A stretch of 64,000 nucleotides of DNA from Veleropilina oligotropha (GCA_048128005.1 JBEUKZ010000093.1:496001-560000); one strand, 5' to 3'. Shown: positions 43,057 through 58,100, counted from the stretch's first letter. Translations and numbers: made by a program. Notes: generated by a model from the letters alone, not told the origin.

Positions 43057-44896
43057 TATGTTATTAATAATATTATGATATGGCGAATGACCGTATGCAT
43101 CGTTGCCAGTGCGTTAAATATATGTTGGTTAAAACAAAGTCATGTTATGCCTTCTATATAATTGTCTATTAAATACATACAAGCCAGTGCCGACCGCAAC
43201 TGGTCATGACTTGTATCAGTTTCAATGCCATATATTTCGTCGGTTCCCGTAGCTTAGTGGTCAAAGCACCTGGACGGTATTCAGGGATCGCGGGTTCGAG
43301 TCCCGTCGGGATATATGACATTTTAACTGATACACAAATTTCATATGTTATTAATAATATTATGATATGGCGAATGACCGTATGCATCGTTGCCAGTGCG
43401 TTGAATATATGTTGGTTAAAACAAAATCATGTTATGCCTTCTATATAATTGTCTATTAAATACATACAAGCCAGTGCCGACCGCAACTGGTCATCACTTG
43501 TATCAGTTTCAATGCCATATATTTCGTCGGTTCCCGTAGCTTAGTGGTCAAAGCACCTGGACGGTATTCAGGGATCGCGGGTTCGAGTCCCGTCGGGATA
43601 TATGACATTTTAACTGATACACAAATTTCATATGTTATTAATAATATTATGATATGGCGAATGACCGTATGCATCGTTGCCAGTGCGTTGAATATATGTT
43701 GGTTAAAACAAAATCATGTTATGCCTTCTATATAATTGTCTATTAAATACATACAAGCCAGTGCCGACCGCAACTGGTCATCACTTGTATCAGTTTCAAT
43801 GCCATATATTTCGTCGGTTCCCGTAGCTTAGTGGTCAAAGCACCTGGACGGTATTCAGGGATCGCGGGTTCGAGTCCCGTCGGGATATATGACATTTTAA
43901 CTGATACACAAATTTCATATGTTATTAATAATATTATGATATGGCGAATGACCGTATGCATCGTTGCCAGTGCGTTGAATATATGTTGGTTAAAACAAAA
44001 TCATGTTATGCCTTCTATATAATTGTCTATTAAATACATACAAGCCAGTGCCGACCGCAACTGGTCATCACTTGTATCAGTTTCAATGCCATATATTTCG
44101 TCGGTTCCCGTAGCTTAGTGGTCAAAGCACCTGGACGGTATTCAGGGATCGCGGGTTCGAGTCCCGTCGGGATATATGACATTTTAACTGATACACAAAT
44201 TTCATATGTTATTAATAATATTATGATATGGCGAATGACCGTATGCATCGTTGCCAGTGCGTTGAATATATGTTGGTTAAAACAAAATCATGTTATGCCT
44301 TCTATATAATTGTCTATTAAATACATACAAGCCAGTGCCGACCGCAACTGGTCATCACTTGTATCAGTTTCAATGCCATATATTTCGTCGGTTCCCGTAG
44401 CTTAGTGGTCAAAGCACCTGGACGGTATTCAGGGATCGCGGGTTCGAGTCCCGTCGGGATATATGACATTTTAACTGATACACAAATTTCATATGTTATT
44501 AATAATATTATGATATGGCGAATGACCGTATGCATCGTTGCCAGTGCGTTGAATATATGTTGGTTAAAACAAAATCATGTTATGCCTTCTATATAATTGT
44601 CTATTAAATACATACAAGCCAGTGCCGACCGCAACTGGTCATCACTTGTATCAGTTTCAATGCCATATATTTCGTCGGTTCCCGTAGCTTAGTGGTCAAA
44701 GCACCTGGACGGTATTCAGGGATCGCGGGTTCGAGTCCCGTCGGGATATATGACATTTTAACTGATACACAAATTTCATATGTTATTAATAATATTATGA
44801 TATGGCGAATGACCGTATGCATCGTTGCCAGTGCGTTGAATATATGTTGGTTAAAACAAAATCATGTTATGCCTTCTATATAATTGTCTATTAAAT
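43057..44896 (+). repeat. Tandem array of a 287-bp tRNA-derived unit, right arm (6 tRNA-like heads)
   Basis: Heads at 43243, 43530, 43817, 44104, 44391 and 44678. The array resumes exactly where the left arm was interrupted. Confidence 0.93.
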
Positions 44897-45250
44897 ACAT
44901 ACATACATACATACATACATACATACATACATACATACATACATACATACATACATACATACATACATACATACATACATACATACATACATACATACAT
45001 ACATACATACATACATACATACATACATACATACATACATACATACATACATACATACATACATACATACATACATACATACATACATACATACATACAT
45101 ACATACATACATACATACATACATACATACATACATACATACATACATACATACATACATACATACATACATACATACATACATACATACATACATACAT
45201 ACATACATACATACATACATACATACATACATACATACATACATACATAC
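44896..45250. repeat. (CATA)n microsatellite
   Basis: Directly visible; grows out of the ATACATAC seed present in the 287-bp unit. Confidence 0.98.
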
Positions 45251-48013
45251 GCACTAATGGTCCCAAACGGGGACATCAACATATGACATGCCAACTGGGG
45301 ACATCGGTTTTTAATGGGAAAACAGGACAATGCTTGTATATTTTGGTGGTATTAACATAGTTTGATCACTTTGGCTACCGATTAACCTCGATTCGCCATG
45401 TTTGAGCGTAGCCACTTTTTACAGGCAATCGGGGACGTCCCCGGTTGAATGTGATATTTTGCACAACTGTACTACTATGTTTACGTCCCCGGTAGAATGG
45501 TATATATTTGCACAGTTTCACTATTGCATTTACCTCCACTTTCAGAAAGAATTTAACAATGTAAAATGTACAATGACCATGATGCTTGGTTTTACTTTGA
45601 TATAAGACACATCTAACAATATGGGGGATGTGCTGATTAGCTGCCAAAGTGTATGCTGCTGATGATTGCAGTACATTTATTACTCCCAACTTTTATCTTT
45701 GACAAGTAGACATAACATATTATATGCCATTGTACTCTCGCAGAACGTACAAGTCATAATTTCAAATTGCAATTATTTATCCCAATATGGATGTATAAAA
45801 TGCATGATATATAAATCATATTTCAGGCCATACCAGTTATCAGAGATGAACATGCATTATACATTGTGTCATATCAATGACGATGATACATATTCAATGC
45901 AAGCCCCTCCTGTAGCCTGAAGAACCAACTGCTCTGGGTAATAGCAGTGCGTTGAGTTTCCCCCAGGGAAGTCTTTCGATAATATGGACATGTACTTTTG
46001 AACCTGAAGACTGTCAATATACAGAACATTATGATTATGCGTTGATTCAGTAATTTGTTCAGTGCCTACAAAGTTTTGATCAACTTTTCTGTTTTCACAT
46101 AGAGAAAGTGTTGTTGTTCTCAATTAACTCATTTACTATTGGCACAGACTTCACAAGAATGGATACAAACCTATGTGCGAGTTAACAGTGACTAGCGAAC
46201 CATAATCAAACATTTTATTCCTGGTATAATATCGGCATGTGCTAGTTTGACCATAAAGGCTGTTAAATGGAACATTACGTATTGATCCAAACCAAACCAT
46301 TTGCAAATTGAGCCTTTTGGGATAAAAGGAATACCTAAATTTAAACAACCAGGCACATCAGTTGCCTGCACAACTCGAATAATTGAAACTGTGATCTATT
46401 CTGCTTTGCAATGCTAGATGGTTGCTTCAAATGTGTGAGGCTGTTCCAGTAGTCGTGTGGTATCAAGTGCCGACTCTTTCTTAATCGCTGGGTCGATTGG
46501 GCCAACTACCGGGAGTGTGTTCGAATCTCGGCTGAGGCATTAACATTCTTTGTTCTTAAAGAATGAAAAATGGTTAAAATATCGTCGTAGAAAGGAGAAA
46601 ATGAAATCAAATATAGAATACTAGCTCAAATGCTTTAATACACAAATTATTGATAAATTCAGCATTATTTTAACTTTTTATTCATAATATATACAGTAAT
46701 ATGTTATAATATAAAGAGTAAAACGTCAACTAATTAGATAATGTGACAGGTCACAAGAATGGTGACCTAGCAGAATTGGCATCAATACAGTTAACCCCAA
46801 AGCATATGTATACAGCAAAATACTTTTGATAAAGCACATGCATTCGTTGATATATCTTCATCGAACTCAAATTTATATTTAATTATATTGAATATCATTG
46901 CCAGGAGTAGCAGGTAACATCAATATAGTAAATACCAAAGTATATGCATATAAAAAGTACCTTGAGCAACCCGCATGCACTCTTGAAAAATAAACAATTT
47001 TTTTAACATTAACAATATATATATACTAATGCCATCTACAAAAATCATAAATCAGTTTCCACCACATTTCTAATCCCACATATTTGCTCCATAATGCATA
47101 TTTTGGCATCTTTAAAGTGGTCTTGTACAACATTTATATCAGTATCCCAAAATACCAATTTCACACATCATGAAAAATAAATTATATTCATCATTGTCAG
47201 AGTAACAGTAACATCAATATAAAGGTATATCAATACAAAAAGTGCCTTGAGTATTTAACCAAAAATTTCATGCCAAAAACAGTGTTCATACTGTAACAAT
47301 ATAGTGCTATCTATAATATACATACAATTGTATACCACCCCCTAGTCTTGTCCAACAGATTTCATTATAATTATTGTGATAGCTTTGGCACACATTTCAT
47401 GATGATGACATATATTAAGTGACTTTGCACAAGATATTTTTGGTGTAAAAAACACAAATTTAACACATTATTTAAAATTAATTTATATTCAATGTCATTG
47501 CCAGTGCAACAGGTAACATCAATATAGCCAATACCAAACTATCAAATCCTCGACCCAGCAAGTCGAGGCGGTGTATCCCTTCCCATGGCAGCAAAAATCT
47601 CTAGGCATTGTGTCCTCATTATACCAAATGTGTATATCAAATTTTAATCAAATCGAATAATAACTTTCCACTGTCGAGTGCGCACAAGACATTTCGTCAA
47701 ACATGGCAGCCATTTTGATTCCAAAACCAACCAACGGAAATCGTTAGGCGGCGTGTCATAATCATAACTAATGCGCATACGCCGGCCATCTTGGATCCAA
47801 AAACGATGAAAATCTTCAGGCGGCGTGTCCTCATCATAACTAAAGCACATACCAAATATGAATTAAATCGGTTAATACATTTTCACAAGAAATGTCTCCA
47901 ACTGGGATCCGAAAACGACGGAAATTGTTAGGTAGCATGTCCTCATCATAACTAACGTGCATACCAAATTTGAATCACAGTCGAGTGCACACACGAAATC
48001 TCTGCGGCAGCTG

Positions 48014-48247
48014 AACAATGACTAAACCTTACTATCCCCGACTATTGTCCGGAACAATGACTAAACCATACTATCCCCGACTATTGTCCGGAACAATGAC
48101 TAAACCATACTATCCCCGACTATTGTCCGGAACAATGACTAAACCATACTATCCCCGACTATTGTCCGGAACAATGACTAAACCATACTATCCCCGACTA
48201 TTGTCCGGAACAATGACTAAACCATACTATCCCCGACTATTGTCCGG
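48014..48247. repeat. 39-bp tandem repeat, 6 units
   Basis: AACAATGACTAAACCATACTATCCCCGACTATTGTCCGG; a single copy at the equivalent site ~57879-57917. Confidence 0.93.
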
Positions 48248-49971
48248 GGTTACAATTATGTTTACAAAAATGTTCCTTGCGCAATCCATACGCACTCATT
48301 GAAAATTTAACCAAATTTCTATGTCAAAACATACAACATCTTTTAACCATTAACAATATAGTGAAATCTATAGTAATCATAAAATTGCTTCCAACCATTT
48401 TTCCAGTCCAACAGATTTATTCCTTGATAAATATTCTGCTTTCTTCGGCAGACGTTGATGGCATCTTTATAATGGTCTTCAACAAGGTTTATTTCCATGT
48501 TCAATCACATTTTGTACCTGGAAAATTAATAAAGCATGTTTTTATTCAAACAAATGTAAATTCATGAATTTTGTGCAGACAAGCATTTGTGCCATATCAT
48601 CCCTATTGCTGTGTTACATCAAAGGCCTTTCTAAGAGCCTCGCCATATTCACTTGGAAATTTTGTTAGCCCCAGACAGTTAACATAAAGTCTCCAGATGC
48701 AAACCCTGTGACTACGACGAAGCAGCTCAACTTGTCTGTGACGGAGTTGGACGCGTTCATGTGTTTGAAAGACCTGTAGAGTGTAATATGTTACACTGCA
48801 CATAAGCAGGCGACACAAAATTCATGGACACTGACACACGAAGCCGGTATTTAAACCAACATACACAACAACTCAATCATAAGTATATGGTTATGTTGTA
48901 CAATAACTGTTGTTACGTAACAACCTTAAATTAACTATTGCCCGTATTTTCGTGAATGTTTAGCATGACTGAATAGCCGCTAACATATAAAATGAATCTG
49001 ACGCACGTTTCGCACAGATTGATACAAATTTTGCGAAGATGTGATCGATATATGATCAAATGACAGATTATTATTGAAATTATTATTGTGACCGGGCAAT
49101 ATTTATTATTGTCAAATAGAAAGGTATCTTATTTGACGAGCAGAAACCTACGCAACTTTGCTCCAACTAGGTCAATTGTAAATTTCACACAGTGAAAGGT
49201 AATTAATTGGGGATCGCTTTTAATTATTTTTAAATCTTCATTAGTGATTTATGTAGATGGTAGCGAATTACTGACGAATGTCAAGTGTTGAAAATTCCTA
49301 ACTTTTTATGCTGTAAACAAAATGTGCAATGCGGTTAGCATTCTTGTCAAAGAAAAAAGAGAGCATATACGGGCAATAGTCTACTTCATATTGCTTGGAA
49401 GATATATGACGATATTTAAATGCAGTCAATTGTAGATTGGATTGGATCGATGCTTATTTTCCAGTATATTTACAACATTCAGGTTCAAACCATGACATGT
49501 TCTATTATCGCGTGAGACCAGCCCGGGAAACCGCTCTCTCTAGTTAGTTACGGACAACTACGATTGATAACTGAACAAAGAAATGCCATTACCCCAACCG
49601 ACATTCGAAGCCACTCCTGTTAGTTAGCGTGATAGTCTAGAACCTATTCATAATGGATATTAAACTCCAATTCAAAGAATTCTTACCAAGGCCACGACGT
49701 CTTCTGGGCTCAGTGAAAGTTGCTGCCTCATGATGATCAGTGACGTAGTGGTCATGGATGATGAAACAGTGGAATCTACAATGAAATATTTTGGAAGATA
49801 AAGCCACATGAAATTTGGTTCTTGCAAATTAAAAGAATTACTTGAACTTGACTTTTATAGCAAATTCAACATTTGTACCATACCACCCCATCGCCAAAGT
49901 CACGTGGAAAATTTGTTAGCTCCGGACAGTCATGGACCACTGTGACTTAACTTAAATGATAAACTAGCGAA

Positions 49972-50779
49972 TCCTCGACCCAACAAGTCAAGGGGATGTA
50001 TCCCCTCCCTCCCATGGTAGCTAAAATCAATAGGCACAGTCATCATCATACCAAATCGGATTAGAACTTTTCACTGTAGATCGCCGCAAGAAATATATCA
50101 AATAAAATGGCTGCCGCGACGGCCATATTTGATCATGAAACAAACGGAAATCGTTAAGCGGTGTGTCCTCATCTTAACTAACGTGCTTATCAAATTTCAA
50201 TCATATTGGAAAATAACTTTTCACTGTATAGGGCGCAAAAGAAATCTCTTCAAATAAAATGGCCGCTGTGGCGACCATCTTGGATCTGAAATCAACGGAA
50301 ATCATTAGGTGGCGTGTCCTCATCATAACTAACATGCATATCAAATTTGAATCAAATCGGATAATAACTTTTTACTGTAGAGCGCGCATAAGAAATTTTG
50401 TCAAACAAAATGGCCAGCATGGCGACCATCTAGGATCCGAAAACGACGTAAATCTTCAGGCGGCATGTACTCATCATAACGAACGCACATACCAAATATG
50501 AATCAAATCGGATAACTTTTCACTGTATATCGCACACAGTAAATCTCTCCAAACAAAATGGCCGCCACGGTGGCCATCTTGGATCCAAAAACGACGAAAA
50601 TCGTTAGGTGGCATGTCCTCGTCATAACTGACGTGCATATCAAATTTGAATCAAATTGGATTAGAACCTTTCACTGTAGAGCGCGCACAAGAAATCTCTG
50701 CGGCGGGTGCGAGCGCGGCGGGGGATGAACGATGCATAAACCGTACTATCCCCGAAATGATAAATTTTCGGGGATACAA
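49972..50779 (+). mobile_element. Helentron/HINE-like element (paralogous copy at ~59632-60588)
   Basis: Starts AACTAG, has internal tandem AAAATGGCCGCC units, and ends in the hairpin TATCCCCGAAA...TTTCGGGGATA. Confidence 0.6.
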
Positions 50780-51049
50780 TTATATTGCCTCACAGATGTG
50801 TCTGTAAGTTGTTTATTGGTTGAGGTGTTCGACACAACTGTGCACGATACTATTGTCATGTTCCAATGTGACCATTAACGTTAATACAAGAAATAAAATT
50901 TAATTAAAAGAAATCTTACCAAGGATACAACGACTTCTGGGTTCAGCAGCAGTTGCTGTCTCTGGATGATTGGCGACTTTTCTCTTCTTACTCTTAGTGG
51001 CCATGGCCGATGATACAGTGGACTACAATGGAATATTTGGACATATTAA

Positions 51050-52045
51050 CACGAAGCCAAGTGTCGAGAAAATATTCCCAGCAGGTTGGGAGGAGTAGTC
51101 CGGACAAGTTAATTAAAGACAATGTTTAGAAGTCCAGACGTCACTTATGTCAAGGACATACGGGGCAAATTTGTCACTGTTGCACAACTACATGATGTAG
51201 TGATCATGTATGCCAAGTGTCGATGAAACATTCCCAGCAGGTTGGGAAGAGGAGTCCGGACAAGTTAATAACAGACCATGTTTAGAAGTTCAGAGGTCAC
51301 TCTGTCAAGGTCAATAGTCATACCGGAAACATTTGTCGTCGTTGCACAACTACATGATGTAGTGAGCATGTGTGCTAAGTGTCAGTGAAATATTCCCAGC
51401 AGGTTGGGAGGAGTAGTACGGACTAGTTAATAGTGAGAAAGTAGGCCAAGTATCGCTGAAATATACCGAGCAGGTTGGGAGGAGTAGCCCGGACAATTAA
51501 GTTAAAAACAGACAATGTTTTGAAGTCCAGAGGTCATTATGTCAAGGTCAAAGATCGTACCGGGAAAATTTGTCGCCGCTGCACAACCACATGATGTATT
51601 GATCATGCATGCCAAGTTTCGATGAAATATTCCCAGCAGGTTGAAAAGAGTAGTCCGGACAAGTCAATAAAAGACAATGTTTAGAAGTCCAGAGGTCGCT
51701 CTGTCGAGGTCAATGGGCATACCGGGAAAATTTGTCACCGTTGCACAACTACATGATGTAGTCAGAAAGTAGGCCAAGAATCGATGAAATATTTCCAGCA
51801 GGTTGGGAGTAGTCCGGACAGGTTAAAAACAGACAATTTTTTGAAGTACAAAGGTCACTCTGTCAAGGTCAAAGCTCGTACCTGGAAAATTTGTCGCCGT
51901 TGCACAACTACATGATGTATTGATCATGTATGACAAGTGTTGATGAAATATTTCCAACCTGCTGGACAAGTCAATAACAGACAATGTTTAGAAGTCCAGA
52001 GGTCACTATGTCAAGGTCAATGGTGATACCGGGAAAATTTGTCGC
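51050..52045. repeat. Imperfect tandem repeat of roughly 170-bp units (paralog at ~60860-61855)
   Basis: Recurrent GTTGCACAACTACATGATGTA, AATATTCCCAGCAGGTTGGGAGGAGTAGTCCGGAC and GTCAAGGTCAA motifs. Confidence 0.8.
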
Positions 52046-53519
52046 GCAATTGAAATATATCTCTAGACACTGGAGAAAATATTTGGTAGGCCAAGGAAGG
52101 ATCTCCATGAAATACTACAATAAAGGAAAGTAAAAGATAATGAAATAGTTAACACCCTTTAGTTTCATACCAGGACATGTTCAAGAATTACACTGGTCCG
52201 AGGCCACAATTAAATTTCACTGCCAGATTTCTAGGTCCAACGAATAAAAAAAAACGTAATTGAAGGATAACTATAAACACTGCAAAGAACATTTCATAGG
52301 CCAAAGAAGGACAATAACTCATAGATTATACCATATGATATGTAAATTGGTCATCGGTATTCATGAGGTCGGAACACATACATATGCATGATAATATGGG
52401 CATGTTCCAATGTTACTGTAACTCTTAATACAGGCTGAAAACATACAAGAAAGATATCGTACTAAGGACCTGGTGAATTTTGGGTTCAGCAACAGCCACT
52501 GGATCATGATGATTAGTGACTTCTCTCCTCTTAATCTTTGTGGCCATGGACGATGAAACAGTGGAATCTACAAGAGGATACTTACATTGATAAACACATT
52601 TCAATTTTGATTATTGTAACACAACGTTCTCAAATTTACAGAACATGCACGTGGCCAACAGATATACAGTATATGTATCAACATTCAACCCAAGACTTCC
52701 AAGCAGATACCCAAATAGATGTAACTGCAGGGTTCAAGTTCGAACAATTAGAAATATGTATTAACATTCAACCCAAGAATTCCAAGCAGTCTGCCCAAAT
52801 AGAAAACTATAGACACCACATAAAATAATATAGGCCCAAGAAGGATCTCCATTAAATACTGCAAGACAGTGAAATGTACTTTAGCTAAATCATACCAGGA
52901 CATGTTTGCATTATTGTGTGACGAAAGCCACGTATGAATTAAAAGTAAAGGTATGCTGGAAAGTATTTATATTTTTATCTTTTCAAAATTCAGTATTTTG
53001 GCATGAATATATTTTATAGGACCTTAGGTGAATGAAGTAAGTTGAAATTGGCAATAACACAAATTCTGGCACATAAGCGGTCACAAAATAAAATAATAGC
53101 CTGAATATGACTGTAAAACATGTTATTAAGTGAATATATCTTGTGGTTCGTTCAGAATACTCCACATTTCGCGAAAATATAATCGATATATGATCAAATG
53201 ATAGACTTTTATAGAAATTATTATTGTAACTGGGCAATATACATTATTGTCAAGTAGAAAGCTATCTTACTTGACAAACAGAAACCTACGCAACTGTGCT
53301 CCAACTATGTCAATTGGAAATGTCACTCGGTGCAAGGTAATTCAACGCGAACTTTCAGGTAAAACTGCACAGGAAATAGTTTAAGATAATTTGTCAGTTC
53401 AATCACACAGAGACATATTTTCGCCTGACGGTATTGATATAAAATAAAAGTATCAATTCATACATAGAAATTAGAAAAATGATTCATGTAATATGCGTAA
53501 TGTTTATTTTTAATCGTAC

Positions 53520-54232
53520 CTGTATCGGGTCCCCTGTATCATCGTCAGAGTCTTTGCGCCATGATGATCCTGAACTCTCGAACGTGTCAGAAAGGCCACT
53601 TGCATAGTCGCACTGTAATGTCAGACAAGTATACATTTAATTAACTTGAGTATATTATTATTAAGTTATGTCACGTATTATATATATTATATTATGGTGG
53701 TTTTAATTGGCTAATGCATATTCCAATATAATGTAGAACATGGCAATGTTACATTATTGACAGGTTACAAATTGGATTCATTTAATATCAATAAAGTTAA
53801 AGAGCATATATAAAAGTTTATAATGTACTTCTATCTCATAAACTTGTGTTTATTAACTCTACATTTAAACACTACTGTCCAACATCCTATGTAAATCAAA
53901 CTTATCATCGGTCTTATGAAGGTCATTTATGAGCAAATTATCTCCCTTGAACATAACATTGCGGATCCTTAAAGTAAACATTAGAAATAATATATTCACC
54001 AAAATTATGCTGTTTTGAAAGAAATGTTATTGTTTGCTTCGATAATTATGTAAATTAATCCTGTCAGTTGTATTAATGTTTCTTTAGGACTAATCAGTAA
54101 TGAAATCTGCCGCGACCAATCGCAGCATGTAACACATGTCTATACTACCGAATAAATCAATACTTACTCTTTCTTTACCTCTTGAACAATTGACGCAAAT
54201 GTCGGTGGATCATTGGCCCACCTTTTTGCCAT
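53520..54232 (-). CDS. Candidate first two coding exons (54179-54232 and 53520-53612) of an unidentified spliced gene
   Basis: The ATG exon MAKRWANDPPTFASIVQE ends at GAG|GTAAAG. The next exon is bounded by TACAG| and CAG|GTACG, is 93 nt long and open in phase 0 (CDYASGLSDTFESSGSSWRKDSDDDTGDPIQ). Confidence 0.4.
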
Positions 54233-54314
54233 ATTTCGTGTATGATCAGACGAACATATGAAGAATAAGGACATGTCAAACTCGCAACTCAATCGTATCG
54301 CCTGTTAGCCCGAA

Positions 54315-54362
54315 AAAACATGGCCGCACTTATCGTGCGCTGTTCCAATGCGCATGCGCAAT
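54315..54362. promoter_or_regulatory. Possible promoter: NRF1-type palindrome GCGCATGCGC, adjacent CCAAT and YY1-like AACATGGCCGC
   Basis: Motifs at 54350-54359, 54345-54349 and ~54317-54327, about 100 bp upstream of the candidate minus-strand ATG in a locally CpG-richer patch. Confidence 0.35.
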
Positions 54363-54630
54363 AAAGTGTGACGTATTCGCCAAGAGTGAATAAAAAACCC
54401 CGAACATGCATCGACATACGTTGGCTTCATCGGACATACATTACCGTGTGCTGTTTTCTGCGGGTAACCAGGGACTGATAGCGATTGCAGCCAAAATCAG
54501 AAAGTGGGTTATTTGCGACATGACGGTCGTCAAACGGGGACTAAGTCAACCGGGGACGTCCCCGGTTGACGAAAAGTCCCCGGTTGAAGGGTGGAATCTG
54601 GTGACTTTGTCCCCGGTTGCCGGTATTAGT

Positions 54631-55132
<502 letters not shown>

Positions 55133-58100
55133 TAATGGTCCCAAACGGGGACATCAACATATGACCTGCCAAACGGGGACATCGATTTTTAATGCGAAAA
55201 CAGGACAATGCTTGTATATTTTTGTGGTATTAACATAGTTTGATCACTTTGGCTACCGATTAACCTCATTTCGCCATGTTTGAGCGTAGCCACTTTTTAC
55301 AGGCAATCGGGGACGTCCCCGGTTGAATGCGATATTTTGCACAACTGTACTACTATGTTTACGTCCCCGGTAGAATGGTATATATTTGCACAGTTTCACT
55401 ATTGCATTTACCTCCACTTTCAGAAAGAATTTAACAATGTAAAATGTACAATGACCATGATGCTTGGTTTTACTTTGATATAAGACACATCTAACAATAT
55501 GGGGGATGTGCTGATTAGCTGCCAAAGTGTATGCTGCTGATGATTGCAGTACATTTATTACTCCCAACTTTTATCTTTGACAAGTAGACGTAACATATTA
55601 TATGCCCTTGTACTCTCGCAGAACGTACAAGTCATAATTTCAAATTGCAATTATTTATCCCAATATGGATGTATAAAATGCATGATATATAAATCATATT
55701 TCAGGCCATACCAGTTATCAGAGATGAACATGCATTATACATTGTGTCATATCAATGACGATGATACATATTCAATGCAAGCCCCTCCTGTAGCCTGAAG
55801 AACCAACTGCTCTGGGTAATAGCAGTGCGTTGAGTTTCCCCCAGGGAAGTCTTTCGATAATATGGACATGTACTTTTGAACCTGAAGACTGTCAATATAC
55901 AGAACATTATGATTAAGCGTTGATTCAGTAATTTGTTCAGTGCCTACAAAGTTTTGATCAACTTTTCTGTGTTTTCACATCGAGCAAGTGTTGTTGTTCC
56001 CAATTAACTCATTTACTGATGGCACAGATTTCACAAGAATGGATACAAACCTATGTGCGAGTTAACAGTGACTAGCGATCCATAATCAAACATTTTATTC
56101 CTGGTATAATATCGGCATGTGCTAGTTTGACCATAAAGGCTGTTAAATGGAACATTACGTATTGATCCAAACCAAACCATTTGCAAATTGAGCCTTTTGG
56201 GATAAAAGGAATACCTAAATTTAAACAACCAGGCACATCAGTTGCCTGCACAACTCGAATAATTGAAACTGTAATCTATTCTGCTTTGCAATGCTAGATG
56301 GTTGCTTCAAATGTGTGAGGTTGTTCCAGTAGTCGTGTGGTATCAAGTGCCGACTCTTAATCGCTGGGTCGATTGGGCCAACTACCGGGAGTGTGTTCGA
56401 ATCTCGGCTGAGGCATTAACATTCTTTGTTCTTAAAGAATGAAAAATGGTTAAAATATCGTCGTAGAAAGGAGAAAATGAAATCAAATATAGAATACTAG
56501 CTCAAATGCTTTAATACACAAATTATTGATAAATTCAGCATTATTTTTACTTTTTATTCATAATATATACAGTAATATGTTATAATATAAAGAGTAAAAC
56601 GTCAACTAATTAGATAAATGTGACAGGTCACAAGAATGGTGACCTAGCAGAATTGGCATCAATACAGTTAACCCCAAAGCATATGTATACAGCAAAATAC
56701 TTTTGATAAAGCACATGCATTCGTTGATATATCTTCATCGAACTCAAATTTATATTTAATTATATTGAATATCATTGCCAGGAGTAGCAGGTAACATCAA
56801 TATAGTAAATACCAAAGTATATGCATATAAAAAGTACCTTGAGCAACCCGCATGCACTCTTGAAAAATAAACATTAACATTAACAATATATATATACTAA
56901 TGCCATCTACAAAAATCATAAATCAGTTTCCACCACATTTCTAATCCCACATATTTGCTCCATAATGCATATTTTGGCATCTTTAAAGTGGTCTTGTACA
57001 ACATTTATATGAGTATCCCAAAATACCAATTTCACACATCATGACAAATAAATTATATTCATCATTGTCAGAGTAACAGTAACATCAATATAAAGGTATA
57101 TCAATACAAAAAGTGCCTTGAGTATTTAACCAAAAATTTCATGCCAAAAACAGTGTTCATACTGTAACAATATAGTGCTATCTATAATATACATACAATT
57201 GTATACCACCCCCTAGTCTTGTCCAACAGATTTCATTATAATTATTGTGATAGCTTTGGCACACATTTCATGATGATGACATATATTAAGTGACTTTGCA
57301 CAAGATATTTTTTGTGTAAAAAACACAAATTTAACACATTTAAAATTAATTTATATTCAATGTCATTGCCAGTGCAACAGGTAACATCAATATAGCCAAT
57401 ACCAAACTATCAAATCCTCGACCCAGCAAGTCGAGGCGGTGTATCCCTTCCCATGGCAGCAAAAATCTCTAGGCATTGTGTCCTCATTATACCAAATGTG
57501 TATATCAAATTTTAATCAAATCGAATAACTTTCCACTGTCGAGTGCGCACAAGACATTTCGTCAAACATGGCAGCCATTTTGATTCCAAAACCAACCAAC
57601 GGAAATCGTTAGGCGGCGTGTCATAATCATAACTAATGCGCATACGCCGGCCATCTTGGGTCCAAAAACGATGAAAATCTTCAGGCGGCGTGTCCTCATC
57701 ATAACTAAAGCACATACCAAATATGAATTAAATCGGTTAATACATTTTCACAAGAAATGTCTCCAACTGGGATCCGAAAATGACGGAAATTGTTAGGTAG
57801 CATGTCCTCATCATAACTAACGTGCATACCAAATTTGAATCACAGTCGAGTGCACACACGAAATCTCTGCGGCAGCTGAACAATGACTAAACCATACTAT
57901 CCCCGACTATTGTCCGGGGATACAATTATGTTTACAAAAATGTTCCTTGAGCAATCCATACGCACTCATTGAAAATTTAACCAAATTTCTATGTCAAAAC
58001 ATACAAAATCTTCTAACCATTAACAATATAGTGCCATCTATAGTAATCATAAAATTGCTTCCACCCCTTTTCCAGTCCAACAGATTTACTCCTTGATAAA

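Noticed and set aside
26185..44750. Cluster of functional tRNA-Thr(GGT) genes
   Set aside because: The acceptor stem has two terminal mismatches, U33 is missing, and GGT is not the usual eukaryotic Thr anticodon. Treated as a tRNA-derived repeat pending tRNAscan-SE.
43169..44883. Repeated 63-80 aa ORFs in the 287-bp array
   Set aside because: Open only because of a 1-bp difference from the left-arm units; they overlap the tRNA-like head and have no protein features.
46437..46545. Possible tRNA gene (also ~56317-56420)
   Set aside because: A- and B-box-like motifs (TAGTCGTGTGG, GTTCGAATC) are present but no convincing cloverleaf; at most a decayed SINE head.
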